A stretch of 64,000 nucleotides of DNA from an uncultured Alphaproteobacteria bacterium. GTDB lineage: Bacteria; Pseudomonadota; Alphaproteobacteria; Methylaequorales; Methylaequoraceae. The DNA lies in the NCBI GenBank assembly GCA_902617375.1, contig CACMWI010000002.1, forward strand, positions 1,566-65,565, written 5' to 3'. Of this stretch, positions 19,039 through 29,447 are shown piece after piece (position 1 is the stretch's first letter; every line of letters begins with the position of its first letter). The notes beneath the pieces are model-generated. The model was not told the DNA's origin and did not search any database. It was given only the letters and a program-made list of their open reading frames with translations. A program made the position numbers and the translations under genes.

Positions 19039-20304
19039 TCATACATTTTTTTGACCGATATCATTTCTAAAAAAACCTTCCTTCCAACCAATAGCTTCTA
19101 CAGCTTTATAAGCAATTTTCCTTGCATGTGCGATTGAATTACCTTGTGCAGTGACAGCTAGCACTCTTCCACCTGAAGAAATTAGTTTTTCTTTTTTTAA
19201 TGCAGTTCCAGCATGGAATATCTCAACTCCTTTAATAGATTGTGCCTTTGACAGATTACTAATAACTTTATTCTTTTTATAGTTGCCAGGATATCCTTTG
19301 GAAGCAACTACGACGCAGACAACAGATTGTTTTTTATTTCTTATGGTCAAATCAGAAAGCCTATCTTTCAAGTTATAATCAATAATTTTTAAAATATCAG
19401 TTTGTAAGTTTCTTAATAAAGTTTGACACTCTGGATCTCCGAATCTTACATTATATTCAATAACGAAAGGCCCCTGTGAGGTTATCATTAGACCAAAAAA
19501 AAGTATGCCTCTGTATACCAATTTATCTTTTTTAAGTCCTAATGATGTTGGAATTAAAATTTTTTTTTCGATTTGATTTTGGATTTTTTTTGTCATTTTT
19601 CTCGTTGGACTAAAGCAGCCCATTCCCCCGGTATTAGGCCCTTCATCATTGTTAAAAGCTCGTTTGTGATCTAGCGCGTAACCTAGTTTAGCAAAACCAT
19701 TTTTATCAAAGAAAGCGAAATAACTTACCTCAAAACCTGATAAATATTCCTCAATTATTACTTTTTTTCCGGCTGAACCAAATTTTTTTTTTTTCATTAT
19801 TTCATCTAGACCATTGATTGCTTCGCGTTTGTTTCTGCAAATAATTACGCCCTTTCCTGCTGCTAATCCATCTGCTTTAATAACAATTGGGTATTTTGTT
19901 ACAGATACATAATTAACAGCTGAATTAAACGATTTAAATTCTTTGTATTTAGCTGTATTAATTTTGTTTTTTATTAGAAATCTTTTTGCAAAAGACTTCG
20001 ATGATTCGAGCTTAGACGCTTTTTTACTAGGACCAAAAACGGGTATACCTTTTGATCTTATATAATCACTTAGACCGTCCTCTAAAAATTGTTCAGGACC
20101 AATAATTACTAAATCAATTTCTTGTTTTTTACAGAATTTTATTAATTCATTTTTTTCATTTAAATCTAATTTTTTACAAACCGCAATTTCTGATATTCCT
20201 GCATTGCCTGGGATGCAGAATAAAGAACGACATTTTCTGGATTTTCTTACAGCCCAGCATATTGCATGTTCTCTTCCACCACCACCTAAGACTAAAATAT
20301 TCAA
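19039..20304 (-). CDS. purD: Phosphoribosylamine--glycine ligase
   Basis: 421 aa; MNILVLGGGGREHAICWA N-terminus and ATP-grasp motifs. Confidence 0.9.
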   Translation of the reverse strand: MNILVLGGGGREHAICWAVRKSRKCRSLFCIPGNAGISEIAVCKKLDLNEKNELIKFCKKQEIDLVIIGPEQFLEDGLSDYIRSKGIPVFGPSKKASKLESSKSFAKRFLIKNKINTAKYKEFKSFNSAVNYVSVTKYPIVIKADGLAAGKGVIICRNKREAINGLDEIMKKKKFGSAGKKVIIEEYLSGFEVSYFAFFDKNGFAKLGYALDHKRAFNNDEGPNTGGMGCFSPTRKMTKKIQNQIEKKILIPTSLGLKKDKLVYRGILFFGLMITSQGPFVIEYNVRFGDPECQTLLRNLQTDILKIIDYNLKDRLSDLTIRNKKQSVVCVVVASKGYPGNYKKNKVISNLSKAQSIKGVEIFHAGTALKKEKLISSGGRVLAVTAQGNSIAHARKIAYKAVEAIGWKEGFFRNDIGQKNV

Positions 20305-20346
20305 GAAATTATTCCTTTTTTGATTTTTTTAAACTAAATTTGAAAC

Positions 20347-21672
20347 ATGAATATTCTTTCAAATATTGAAAAATTCACAGTCTCTCAATTAAACTATTCT
20401 ATCAAAAATTTGATAGAAAATAAATTTCAAATTGTTTCAGTTATTGGAGAAGTGTCACAAGTGAAGAAACATGGTTCTGGTCATATCTATTTTTCATTGA
20501 AGGATGAAGAAAGTGTTATTTCTGCTATTTGTTGGAGATCAGTTGTCCCCCGTCTCAAAATAAATCTAGAAGATGGTATAAAAGTTGAAATCAAAGGGAA
20601 AGTTACAACATACTCACAACAATCCAAGTATCAATTGATTGTTCAGCAAATAGTTTTTGAGGGCGAAGGCAATTTGTTAAATCTTCTTGAACAAAGAAAA
20701 AGAAGATTAGCTGAACTTGGTTTTTTTGATGAATCAAAAAAGAAAGAAATCTCGAAATTTCCAAATTCAATTGGGGTTATCACATCAGAATCGGGAGCAG
20801 TTATAAAAGATATAATTCACAGAGTATCTGATAGATTTCCAACAAAATTACTAATTTATCCCTCAAATGTTCAGGGAGAAAAATGCTTAGATGACATAAT
20901 TAGAGGGATTGAGTATTTTAATATTAAAAAAGACAATTCAGTTGATGTTATAATAATTGCCAGAGGAGGCGGTAGTTTAGAGGATTTAATGCCATTTAAT
21001 GAAGAATTATTGGTAAAAAAAATCTTTGAGTCAAAAATACCAATTGTTTCTGCTGTTGGACACGAAACAGATTACACTTTGTGTGATCTTGTCTCTGATC
21101 TCAGAGCTCCAACACCTTCAGCTGCAGTTGAAATGATATTACCTAATAGAAAGGAAATTCTTATTAGATTATTGGATTCAGAAAGTAAATTAAAAAAGAT
21201 ATTTGCTCATTTTTTTGATAACCACAAATTAAGTCTTAAATTATTATCGTCTAAAATACCTGAATTATTAGAAACAGTGAATAATCATTTTCAGGAATTA
21301 GATTATCATGAACAAGGTCTAAAAAATTTTTTAAACTCAGTTTTTAAAAATATGAAGATAAATTTATACAGAGTTATCCAAAAGTTTTCACCTAGTAATC
21401 TATCTAATATGGTGAAACTAGAGTTATCTAAAGTTTTAAATAATTTTGAAAAAAGTACTTTTTTTATAAATCAGAATCTTGATACTAAAAAAGAACGATT
21501 TAATTCAAAATCTAAAGAACTTTCAATTTTGTCATATAAACAAACATTGAAGAGGGGTTTTGCTGTTATAAGAAAAGAAGATGTTATTATCAAAAATGAT
21601 TTAGAGATTAAACATAATGATAAAATTGAGATAGAGTTTGCAACAAGTAAAACTAAAGCTAAAAAAATATAA
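20347..21672 (+). CDS. xseA: Exodeoxyribonuclease VII large subunit
   Basis: 441 aa; OB-fold N-terminus (VSQLNYSIKNLIE...GEVSQVKKHGSGHIYFSLKD) and catalytic core (IIARGGGSLEDL, VSAVGHETD). Confidence 0.9.
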   Translation: MNILSNIEKFTVSQLNYSIKNLIENKFQIVSVIGEVSQVKKHGSGHIYFSLKDEESVISAICWRSVVPRLKINLEDGIKVEIKGKVTTYSQQSKYQLIVQQIVFEGEGNLLNLLEQRKRRLAELGFFDESKKKEISKFPNSIGVITSESGAVIKDIIHRVSDRFPTKLLIYPSNVQGEKCLDDIIRGIEYFNIKKDNSVDVIIIARGGGSLEDLMPFNEELLVKKIFESKIPIVSAVGHETDYTLCDLVSDLRAPTPSAAVEMILPNRKEILIRLLDSESKLKKIFAHFFDNHKLSLKLLSSKIPELLETVNNHFQELDYHEQGLKNFLNSVFKNMKINLYRVIQKFSPSNLSNMVKLELSKVLNNFEKSTFFINQNLDTKKERFNSKSKELSILSYKQTLKRGFAVIRKEDVIIKNDLEIKHNDKIEIEFATSKTKAKKI

Positions 21673-22466
21673 TGTTTTTAATTTTTTTTATCATTTTTAT
21701 TTTTCCAGTAAATTTTAAAGCTGAAACATTTCCTAAAATTTTCGGTTGTTTTTGCGAGGGAGGGGTCATAACAGGAAATCTTGAGAATGGAAGTAAATTA
21801 AAAATTGACAATAAACAAGTCGAAGTTTTTGAAAAAGGAAGATTTATCTATGCATTTGGGAGAAAATATAAAGACAATGTAAAAATTGAAATAAATGATA
21901 AAGTAAAAAAATTCACAGTTTCAAAAAAAAAATATAAAATTGAAAATATTAAAGGTCTTCCCAGGAAAAAGGTTGAACCATCGAAAGAGGATTTAAACAA
22001 AATAATATCTGATCAGAACAAAATAAAAAAGGCAAAATTAATTGGTTACAAAACAAGACTTTTTAATGAAAAATTTATATTACCTTCAAAAGGAAGAATG
22101 TCAGGATTTTATGGAAGTCAACGAATCCTTAATTCCAAACCAAGAAGACCTCATGCTGGAATAGATATTGCTGCAAAGGAGGGTACAAGTGTAATTGCCC
22201 CTTCTTCAGGAATTATCAAATTAGTGGAAGAGGATATGTTCTTCACTGGAAATACTGTGATAATGGATCATGGCTTAGGACTAATTTCAATTTTTGCTCA
22301 CTTGAAGGAGGTTTTTGTTGTAGAAGGAGAAAAAGTGTTGCAAGGACAAAAAATTGGATCTATTGGTATGACAGGTAGAGCAACAGGTCCTCATCTTCAT
22401 TGGGGTGTTTATTTGAATAATACATCTGTTGACCCAGAGGTCCTTTTAAAATATGAACTTAATTAG
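21672..22466 (+). CDS. M23 family metallopeptidase (LytM-like), secreted
   Basis: 264 aa; signal peptide; HAGIDIAA and HLHWGVY zinc-binding motifs. Confidence 0.8.
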   Translation: MFLIFFIIFIFPVNFKAETFPKIFGCFCEGGVITGNLENGSKLKIDNKQVEVFEKGRFIYAFGRKYKDNVKIEINDKVKKFTVSKKKYKIENIKGLPRKKVEPSKEDLNKIISDQNKIKKAKLIGYKTRLFNEKFILPSKGRMSGFYGSQRILNSKPRRPHAGIDIAAKEGTSVIAPSSGIIKLVEEDMFFTGNTVIMDHGLGLISIFAHLKEVFVVEGEKVLQGQKIGSIGMTGRATGPHLHWGVYLNNTSVDPEVLLKYELN

Positions 22467-23421
22467 CACGAAGGCATTCCAAAACTCTCTGTTCAAATTT
22501 ATTTTTCTTTTCAATTTTCAAATTTAGATTTACAGGTGTTATTTTATTCTTAAATTCTTCAGGTACTTTTATATAGTCTTTTTTTGTACAGACAACTGTC
22601 AGATTTTCTTTTTTTGCTAAATTTAGTATGCTCAAAATATCATTTTTTTTGAAAATGTAGTGATCGGAGAAACTTTTTGTTCTTTTGATTGTAAAACCGG
22701 AATGTAAAAGTGAATTGTGAAAATTTGTATTGTTACCAAGTGCTGAAAATACAAATAAGTTTTTATTTTTGCATGATTTGATACTTATCTCTTTTTTTGC
22801 CATAAAAACTTTTTGTTTTGGAATCATATTTTTTTTTAAAATATTACTATTGTTGCCAATAATTAGAATTAGATCGCAATTTTTAATACCACTACTTATT
22901 GTTTCTCTTAAAGGACCAGACGGAAAAATGTTTTTATTACCAAAACCATAATCACTATCAATAACTAAAACTTTACAATTCTTTTTTATATCTATACTCT
23001 GCAAACCGTCGTCCATTATTATTAACTCACCACCCTGAGCCTCACAAAACTTGGCTCCAGAAAATTTTTTTTTGGAGACACAGGTCAAGCCAAAGTGTGA
23101 ATGTAAAAGACTTTCCTCTCCAACTTCGTGAAATGAATGATCCTTTGAGACTATCAAAGGACCTTTTGCTGTTCCTTTATAACCTCTTGTTAAAACAAAT
23201 ATTTTTTTAAAATTTTTTGTTAGAATTTGTCTCATTTCTATTACAGTTGGAGTTTTTCCAGCTCCACCAAGTGTAATATTCCCAACACATAAAACTGGAA
23301 TGTTACATTTCTTTTCTTTGTTACTTATTTTGTAAATAATAAAACATAAATAGTATAATATTGAAAAAGGAAAGAGTAATAAGCTTAAAAAATTTTTAGA
23401 TTTCCAAATTTTTTGCATCAT
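22459..23421 (-). CDS. lpxK: Tetraacyldisaccharide 4'-kinase
   Basis: 320 aa; N-terminal TM segment and P-loop VGNITLGGAGKTP. Confidence 0.85.
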   Translation of the reverse strand: MMQKIWKSKNFLSLLLFPFSILYYLCFIIYKISNKEKKCNIPVLCVGNITLGGAGKTPTVIEMRQILTKNFKKIFVLTRGYKGTAKGPLIVSKDHSFHEVGEESLLHSHFGLTCVSKKKFSGAKFCEAQGGELIIMDDGLQSIDIKKNCKVLVIDSDYGFGNKNIFPSGPLRETISSGIKNCDLILIIGNNSNILKKNMIPKQKVFMAKKEISIKSCKNKNLFVFSALGNNTNFHNSLLHSGFTIKRTKSFSDHYIFKKNDILSILNLAKKENLTVVCTKKDYIKVPEEFKNKITPVNLNLKIEKKNKFEQRVLECLRAN

Positions 23422-24665
23422 TTTATAACACTTCTTAGAATAGACTTTGACTTGTAAAACTGACTTTTACAAAGAGTTTTAAACTTTCTATTAGTTTCTC
23501 TATTTAATTTTTTGTCTTTCAAAAGTCTTGAAATCATCCGAATAAGCTGAGATGAATTTTCAACTTCAAACCCCGCTTTATATTTAACAATGTCGGCTTT
23601 TATATCCTCAAAGTTTTCCATGTGGGGACCAAAGATCAATGAACAATTAAAATCTTTTGTTTCTATTGGGTTATGTCCGCCATGGTTGCTAAATGAACCA
23701 CCGACAATTGCAATTTCTGATAATTTAAAAAAAATTCCTAATTCACCAAATGTATCAACTAATAAAATCTCTTCATTAGAAATTTTGAAATTACTTTCAT
23801 TTCTTAAAAGAAATAAAAACTTATCTTTATTAAATTGATCTGTAATTTTTTTTATTCTGCTAGTATGTCTAGGAATAATAATAAAAAACAAATTACTAAA
23901 ATCTTTTGATAAAACTTTAAAAATATTTGCAAACATTTTTTCTTCTTCTGCATGCGAACTAAATAAAGTTACAACTCTTTTTGATTTGAGTTGTTCAAAA
24001 ATTTTTTTATAAGCAACATTATCAACTTCTAAGCCTTGAGAAATATATTTTAAGTTTTGTATTCTTTTAACATTTTTTGTGCCAAGTTCTCTAAACCTTT
24101 TTAATGAGTCATTATTTTGTGTGTAACACTGATCGATTAATGGAAAAACAGATTTAGAAAAAGAATTTATTCTTTTCCAATTAATAAAAGATTTATTTGA
24201 TATTCGAGCATTTAAAATAGATAGTTTGATAGATTTCTCTTTCAAAATATTAAATATATTTGGCCAAATTTCAGACTCAATAAAAATTACTGAACTTGGA
24301 TTCCAATATTTTAAGAATCTTTTTATTAAAAAATTTATGTCTATCGGGAAAAAAATAACAACAAAATTATTCTTCGATTTAGATAATAAATTGTACGCAC
24401 TAAGAGTTGATGTGCTAAATAAAATTGACGAATTGGGTTTTATTTTTTTTATTTCTCTAGCAACTGCGATTCCAGTCTTTGATTCACCAACACTAACACC
24501 ATTAATCCAGATTAAATCTCCCTTAGGTCTTTTTTTTCTTGAAATTGAAAATTTTTCAAGAACACTCGAAATAGTTTCTTTTGAAACTAAAAAACGAAGA
24601 AAAAAAAAGAATAAGATAGGAATAAAAAATAAATTTGATAAATATCTATAAATTAATAACAACAT
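23418..24665 (-). CDS. waaA: 3-deoxy-D-manno-octulosonic acid (KDO) transferase
   Basis: 415 aa; GT30 KDO-transferase pattern (WINGVSVGE N-terminal domain, GGSF...GGHNPIE C-terminal domain). Overlaps lpxK by 4 nt. Confidence 0.85.
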   Translation of the reverse strand: MLLLIYRYLSNLFFIPILFFFFLRFLVSKETISSVLEKFSISRKKRPKGDLIWINGVSVGESKTGIAVAREIKKIKPNSSILFSTSTLSAYNLLSKSKNNFVVIFFPIDINFLIKRFLKYWNPSSVIFIESEIWPNIFNILKEKSIKLSILNARISNKSFINWKRINSFSKSVFPLIDQCYTQNNDSLKRFRELGTKNVKRIQNLKYISQGLEVDNVAYKKIFEQLKSKRVVTLFSSHAEEEKMFANIFKVLSKDFSNLFFIIIPRHTSRIKKITDQFNKDKFLFLLRNESNFKISNEEILLVDTFGELGIFFKLSEIAIVGGSFSNHGGHNPIETKDFNCSLIFGPHMENFEDIKADIVKYKAGFEVENSSQLIRMISRLLKDKKLNRETNRKFKTLCKSQFYKSKSILRSVIK

Positions 24666-24667
24666 AA

Positions 24668-25345
24668 TTAATTCGAGAGATTGTCTGATAACATCGTTAC
24701 TCGTTTTATTTCTTTTTCTAAAATTAATTTATTTTCAGCAAGTGTTTTATTTTTATCAAATTGAAATGGATTTCCCCAAACTGCCACAAATTTATTGAAC
24801 GGCGTTACAAAAATGAATCTATCCCATGTATTTAATGTAAATTTAAATTTAGCTGAATAACTTAATGGTAAAACTGGAACATTTGTTTTTTTTAAAAGTG
24901 ATATAAGACCTTTTTTTACTTCCTCATTAGGACCTTTTGGACCGTCTGGAGTGATCCCTATTATACTATCATTATTTATTTGTTTTAATATCTCTTTTAA
25001 GGAAGATAAATTATGTTTCCTCGAGGAACCGGTTATTGTCTTAATTCCAAAATAAGATATGGCGTTGGAAATTATTTTTCCGTCGGCATGTCCAGAAATA
25101 AGCATTCTAAATTCTTTGGACCATTTCCAGCAAAAGACAGTCATAAGTAATCTATTATGCCAAAAGCAGACTATAAAGCTCTTATTTTTTTTTATATGTT
25201 TTTCAACAATTTCTGAATTCTTTGTAAACCAAATAGAGGTTTGGAAACAAAACTTTAAATAAAATGATACGATCCAACCTAAAAATAATTGAAAATATTT
25301 ATGTTTTAAGATTCTTTTCATTTTTCGTTTTGAATTGTAACTCAT
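24668..25345 (-). CDS. DUF374 (lysophospholipid acyltransferase-like) protein commonly linked to msbA/kdtA
   Basis: 225 aa; N-terminal TM segment; the FWHNRLLM and ISGHADG pattern is typical of the DUF374 family found in lipid A/KDO operons. Confidence 0.6.
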   Translation of the reverse strand: MSYNSKRKMKRILKHKYFQLFLGWIVSFYLKFCFQTSIWFTKNSEIVEKHIKKNKSFIVCFWHNRLLMTVFCWKWSKEFRMLISGHADGKIISNAISYFGIKTITGSSRKHNLSSLKEILKQINNDSIIGITPDGPKGPNEEVKKGLISLLKKTNVPVLPLSYSAKFKFTLNTWDRFIFVTPFNKFVAVWGNPFQFDKNKTLAENKLILEKEIKRVTMLSDNLSN

Positions 25346-27083
25346 GTAGATGTTTGTAAATTTTAGAGGTTTTGATTAAAGTGGAATGCTTTCCAATATC
25401 TACAACCTCACCATTATTGATGATAACTATTCTGTCGGCATCAATCACGGTTGATAATCTATGTGCTATAATTAATGCTGTTTTATTTGAAATTAGTTTA
25501 TCCAATGAATCATGAATTTTTTTCTCTGACCTAGAATCCAATGAGGAAGTCGCTTCATCTAAAAGAAGAAATGGAGAGTTTCTAATAAAAGCACGTGCAA
25601 TTGCAACCCTTTGTTTCTGTCCCCCAGAGAGCTTGGAACCGTTTTCACCAATTATTTCATTAAATCCTTTAGGAAATTTTTTAATAAATTCTGTGCAATG
25701 AGATTTTTTACAAGCGTTTTGGAGGTCTGCTTTTGAATATTTACTTGAGCCGTAACAGATATTATATTTGATCGTTTCATCAAATAAAACAATATCTTGA
25801 CTAACTAAGGAGAAATAGTTTCTTATAAAATTAAAACTTAAATTTTTAACATCAATTCCACCAATTTCAATTTTCCCTTTATATGGATCAAAAAATCTTG
25901 GTAGAAGATTTAAGAGAGTTGTTTTACCAGCACCAGAATACCCAACCAAAGCAACTCTTTCACCATTATAGATTTCTAAATTAATATTTTTTAGAATAAG
26001 TTTTGTTGAATTAGGATATTTAAAAGAAATTTTTGATATGTTGATATTATTCTTTTCCTTTAAATCTATCATGTTATCTTTTGGATGTTTTGTTTCTTTC
26101 ATTAATGGCTTCTTATCCAAAATCTCAAAAACTCTTTCAGCTGAAGCCATCGCTATTTGGAGAGTTGCATTTAAACTTGCCAACGATTTGACGGGTTGAT
26201 ACGCCATAAGTAGAGCTGTCAGAAATGAAAAGAAAGTACCTGGGGTAGTTTGTCCCTGAATAACTTGGCTTCCCCCAATAAATATTATTGCTCCAATAGC
26301 ACATCCACTGATAATTTCCATCAAAGGCCTTGCTATTGAATTAACCTTTGTTGATTTATATGTAAGGTTAAAAATATTTATTATTTCTTTATCGATTCTT
26401 TTTGATTCAAAGTTTTCGGAACCAAATGCCTTTATTGTTTTTATTGCAGAAAAAGATTCTGACAATTTTGATGTAAGCATCCCAAATCCTACTTGAGTGC
26501 TTTTAGAAATTTTTCTTAATCTTTTACCTATTCTTCTAATAGGATAGATGGCTACAGGAAAAACAAAAAGAGCTAAAAAAGCAAGTTTAATGTCATGATA
26601 GAACATAACGCCAATTAAAAAAACAAATGTAAATGAATCTTTAATTATATTTATTATGACATTGTGAACTCCTCTCGATAGAGCCCCTACATCTGCAATG
26701 AACCTTGATACCATTGTTCCGGAATTTATTTCGTTATGGAAGGACAAATCACATCTGATTGCTGCCCTAAACATTTGATTTTGTATATCTGCGACTAATC
26801 TATAACCAATAAAACTCATAAAAATTGATTGGATGTAGGAAGCTATTCCTTTAAAAATTGCAATAGTTATTACAGCAATTGGAATAAAAACAATTAATGT
26901 TTTATTTTTATTAATAAATATTTCATCAAGTACTGGTTGCATCATCCAAGCATTTAATGCAGTTGCACCTGCAACAACAATCATACAAAAAATAGAGATA
27001 ATTAATTTAGAGTGGTGTTTTCTTACATAATTTGCAAAAAGACGCTTCAGTAATCTGATTGTATTTTTATTTTTTACATTCAT
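25299..27083 (-). CDS. msbA: Lipid A export ABC transporter, fused permease/ATPase (MsbA-like)
   Basis: 594 aa; six-TM domain plus NBD with Walker A GYSGAGKTT, signature LSGGQKQR, Walker B LLLDEATSSLD and H-loop IAHRLST. Confidence 0.85.
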   Translation of the reverse strand: MNVKNKNTIRLLKRLFANYVRKHHSKLIISIFCMIVVAGATALNAWMMQPVLDEIFINKNKTLIVFIPIAVITIAIFKGIASYIQSIFMSFIGYRLVADIQNQMFRAAIRCDLSFHNEINSGTMVSRFIADVGALSRGVHNVIINIIKDSFTFVFLIGVMFYHDIKLAFLALFVFPVAIYPIRRIGKRLRKISKSTQVGFGMLTSKLSESFSAIKTIKAFGSENFESKRIDKEIINIFNLTYKSTKVNSIARPLMEIISGCAIGAIIFIGGSQVIQGQTTPGTFFSFLTALLMAYQPVKSLASLNATLQIAMASAERVFEILDKKPLMKETKHPKDNMIDLKEKNNINISKISFKYPNSTKLILKNINLEIYNGERVALVGYSGAGKTTLLNLLPRFFDPYKGKIEIGGIDVKNLSFNFIRNYFSLVSQDIVLFDETIKYNICYGSSKYSKADLQNACKKSHCTEFIKKFPKGFNEIIGENGSKLSGGQKQRVAIARAFIRNSPFLLLDEATSSLDSRSEKKIHDSLDKLISNKTALIIAHRLSTVIDADRIVIINNGEVVDIGKHSTLIKTSKIYKHLHELQFKTKNEKNLKT

Positions 27084-27861
27084 TTAACTCAGTACATAAT
27101 TTTTCAATTAATATACTATTACTTGCTAATACAGAATCTACTTGCATTTGACTGCTGTTATAAATCATTTTATTTCCAGAAATATTTTTTAGATATCCAC
27201 CTGCTTCTTTCAAAATCAAATCAGCTGCAGCAATATCCCAATCATTTTTTTTAGTAAAACTTATCGCTACATCCATTGTACCTTTGGCAACTAAAGCAAT
27301 TTTATACGCTATGGAACCCATTTTAATAGTATTGTCTTGATTAAAACATTCATATTTCTTTAATTTATTCATTTCAGAACTACTTATTCCATATTTTGAA
27401 GAATAAAGATCTATATTTTGATTTACTTTAATTTTTTTTTCATTGCAAAACGCACCTTTATTTTTAACTGCTGAAAAAAGTTCTTTTGTTTCAGGGTTTA
27501 AAACTAAGCCCAAAACAGGTTCATTTTTTTTTATAAGAGCAACAGAGATTGTATATTCTGGTTTTTTGTTAATATAGGATCTTGTTCCATCAATTGGATC
27601 TACACACCAAAAATAATCAGAGCTTAACCTTGAGCCATCGTCAATGGTCTCTTCAGATATCCAACCATAATTAGGTGTAGTTTTTTTAAAAGAAGATTTC
27701 AAAAAATCATCAATTTTTATATCCACGTCAGTGACTGGCTGATTTTCTGATTTGTACTTTACCGTAATATTATTTTTGAGTGACATTGCAATTTTGCCCG
27801 CCTCTAAAATTACCTTTTTTGAGACATCCTCAAGAAAGGAGGGTAAAAATGGTTCAGACAA
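27067..27861 (-). CDS. Inositol monophosphatase family protein (CysQ/SuhB/HisN-like phosphatase)
   Basis: 264 aa; metal-binding motifs WCVDPIDGT and WDIAA. Confidence 0.75.
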   Translation of the reverse strand: MSEPFLPSFLEDVSKKVILEAGKIAMSLKNNITVKYKSENQPVTDVDIKIDDFLKSSFKKTTPNYGWISEETIDDGSRLSSDYFWCVDPIDGTRSYINKKPEYTISVALIKKNEPVLGLVLNPETKELFSAVKNKGAFCNEKKIKVNQNIDLYSSKYGISSSEMNKLKKYECFNQDNTIKMGSIAYKIALVAKGTMDVAISFTKKNDWDIAAADLILKEAGGYLKNISGNKMIYNSSQMQVDSVLASNSILIEKLCTELNECKK

Positions 27862-29202
27862 TTATTTTCCACCAAGAGTTAAGTTTTCTACAAGGCATGA
27901 AGGTGCGTTTATTCCAAAATTAAATTCCAGGTCATTTGCCGGAATTAAAGACATAAATATATCTACAAGATTACCTGCAATAGTTATTTCTGAAACAGGA
28001 TAACAAATTTCACCATTCTCAATCCAAAAACCTGATGCTCCTCTACTGTAGTCGCCATTAGAATAATTTATGGAACTCCCCATAAGTTCTGTTATGAGAA
28101 GACCTTTTTTTAGAGATTTTATCATATCAAGTTTAGATATTTCTCCATTCTCCATATATAGATTAGAATAGGAAACAGAAGGTATTGAGGAAGCAGATCT
28201 TGTGGCGTGACCCGATGGTTCATGTTTTATTTGTTTAGCCGATGCTAGAGAATTGAAGAAAAATTTTAAATATCCCTTTTCAATTAAAAATTTCTTTTTT
28301 GATTGAATTCCTTCACAATCTGAAATTTTCGATCTTAATTTCTTTGGCATTAATGGATCATCAATTATAGAAATTCGATCATTAAAGACTTTGTTGTTCA
28401 TTTTATCTTTCAGGAAGCTAATTCCTTTTACAATTGACTGGGCGTTACTGGCACTAAACAAATTTCTAAGAAGACTCGAAGAAACTTTTGAGTCAAATAT
28501 TACATCTGACTTGCAAGTTTTTAATTTTCTAGAATTTAATTTTTTTATTGCATTTTGTGAAACTTCTTTTCCAATTTTTTCAAAATCACCTAATTCATTA
28601 AAAAACACTTTAGATTTATAATCATATTCTCTTTCCATTGAATCCTTTGAACCTGCAAGGACTGCAATTATAAAATCACTGTGAGTTTTTTCCATCTCAA
28701 TTTCAAGTCCATTTGACCCGAGAAGACAGATTGAATTTTTTGAATAAGCTATTTCAGCTCCTTCAGAATTTGTAATTTCTTTATTATCTAAAGCACTTTC
28801 TTCAAGTTTAATAACTTCTTTTTCAATTAAACTCATTGTCGGTTCATAACTGTCACAAATTTCCAACTTTTGAACCTCTTGCTTACTTACTTGTTTAATT
28901 TTATCTGATTCAGCTAAACCACAATACTGATTTTCAGGGACAACTTTGGCCATTTCAACAACTTTTTCAGTTAGATTATAAACATTCTGTTTTTCGAGAT
29001 TGGTTGTTGACACAATGGACTGCTTCTTATTAATAATTGCTCTGATCCCAATTTCACTAGTGGATGATTCTTCTTTTTTTTCAATTTTTCCAAGTCTAGA
29101 GGAACAACTTGATGTTTTTGACTCTGAAAAAAACACATCAGCTTCATGACATCCCATCTTACTCAGTCTATTGAGAATCGTTTTTAGAAAATTCTTATCC
29201 AT
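27862..29202 (-). CDS. pmbA: Metalloprotease PmbA (TldE), TldD/PmbA family
   Basis: 446 aa; TldD/PmbA family length and C-terminal pattern. Adjacent to the IMPase gene with no gap. Confidence 0.8.
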   Translation of the reverse strand: MDKNFLKTILNRLSKMGCHEADVFFSESKTSSCSSRLGKIEKKEESSTSEIGIRAIINKKQSIVSTTNLEKQNVYNLTEKVVEMAKVVPENQYCGLAESDKIKQVSKQEVQKLEICDSYEPTMSLIEKEVIKLEESALDNKEITNSEGAEIAYSKNSICLLGSNGLEIEMEKTHSDFIIAVLAGSKDSMEREYDYKSKVFFNELGDFEKIGKEVSQNAIKKLNSRKLKTCKSDVIFDSKVSSSLLRNLFSASNAQSIVKGISFLKDKMNNKVFNDRISIIDDPLMPKKLRSKISDCEGIQSKKKFLIEKGYLKFFFNSLASAKQIKHEPSGHATRSASSIPSVSYSNLYMENGEISKLDMIKSLKKGLLITELMGSSINYSNGDYSRGASGFWIENGEICYPVSEITIAGNLVDIFMSLIPANDLEFNFGINAPSCLVENLTLGGK

Positions 29203-29261
29203 AGAATCTTAATTTATATTTTAATTTGCTATAAATACAATATGAGAATAGTATTTTTTTT

Positions 29262-29447
29262 ATGAGTTACTTTGTCGTAGGTGGGCTTTATAAAAATACA
29301 TCTTTCAATGAATTTGTAGATGATTCTAAAAAAGAAAGGTATGGTCCTTTCGAATCTTATGAAGACGCAAAAAAATATTGGGAAAAAATTTCATGGGAAA
29401 ACGTAGATAATTGTAACGTAAGATATATAATTTTACCTCACAGATAA
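29262..29447 (+). CDS. DUF4170 family small protein (hypothetical)
   Basis: 61 aa: MSYFVVGGLYKNTSFNEFVDDSKKERYGPFESYEDAKKYWEKISWENVDNCNVRYIILPHR. Matches the conserved alphaproteobacterial DUF4170 pattern (VVGG...F.D....GPF....A...W...........Y.I..H). Confidence 0.55.
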   Translation: MSYFVVGGLYKNTSFNEFVDDSKKERYGPFESYEDAKKYWEKISWENVDNCNVRYIILPHR

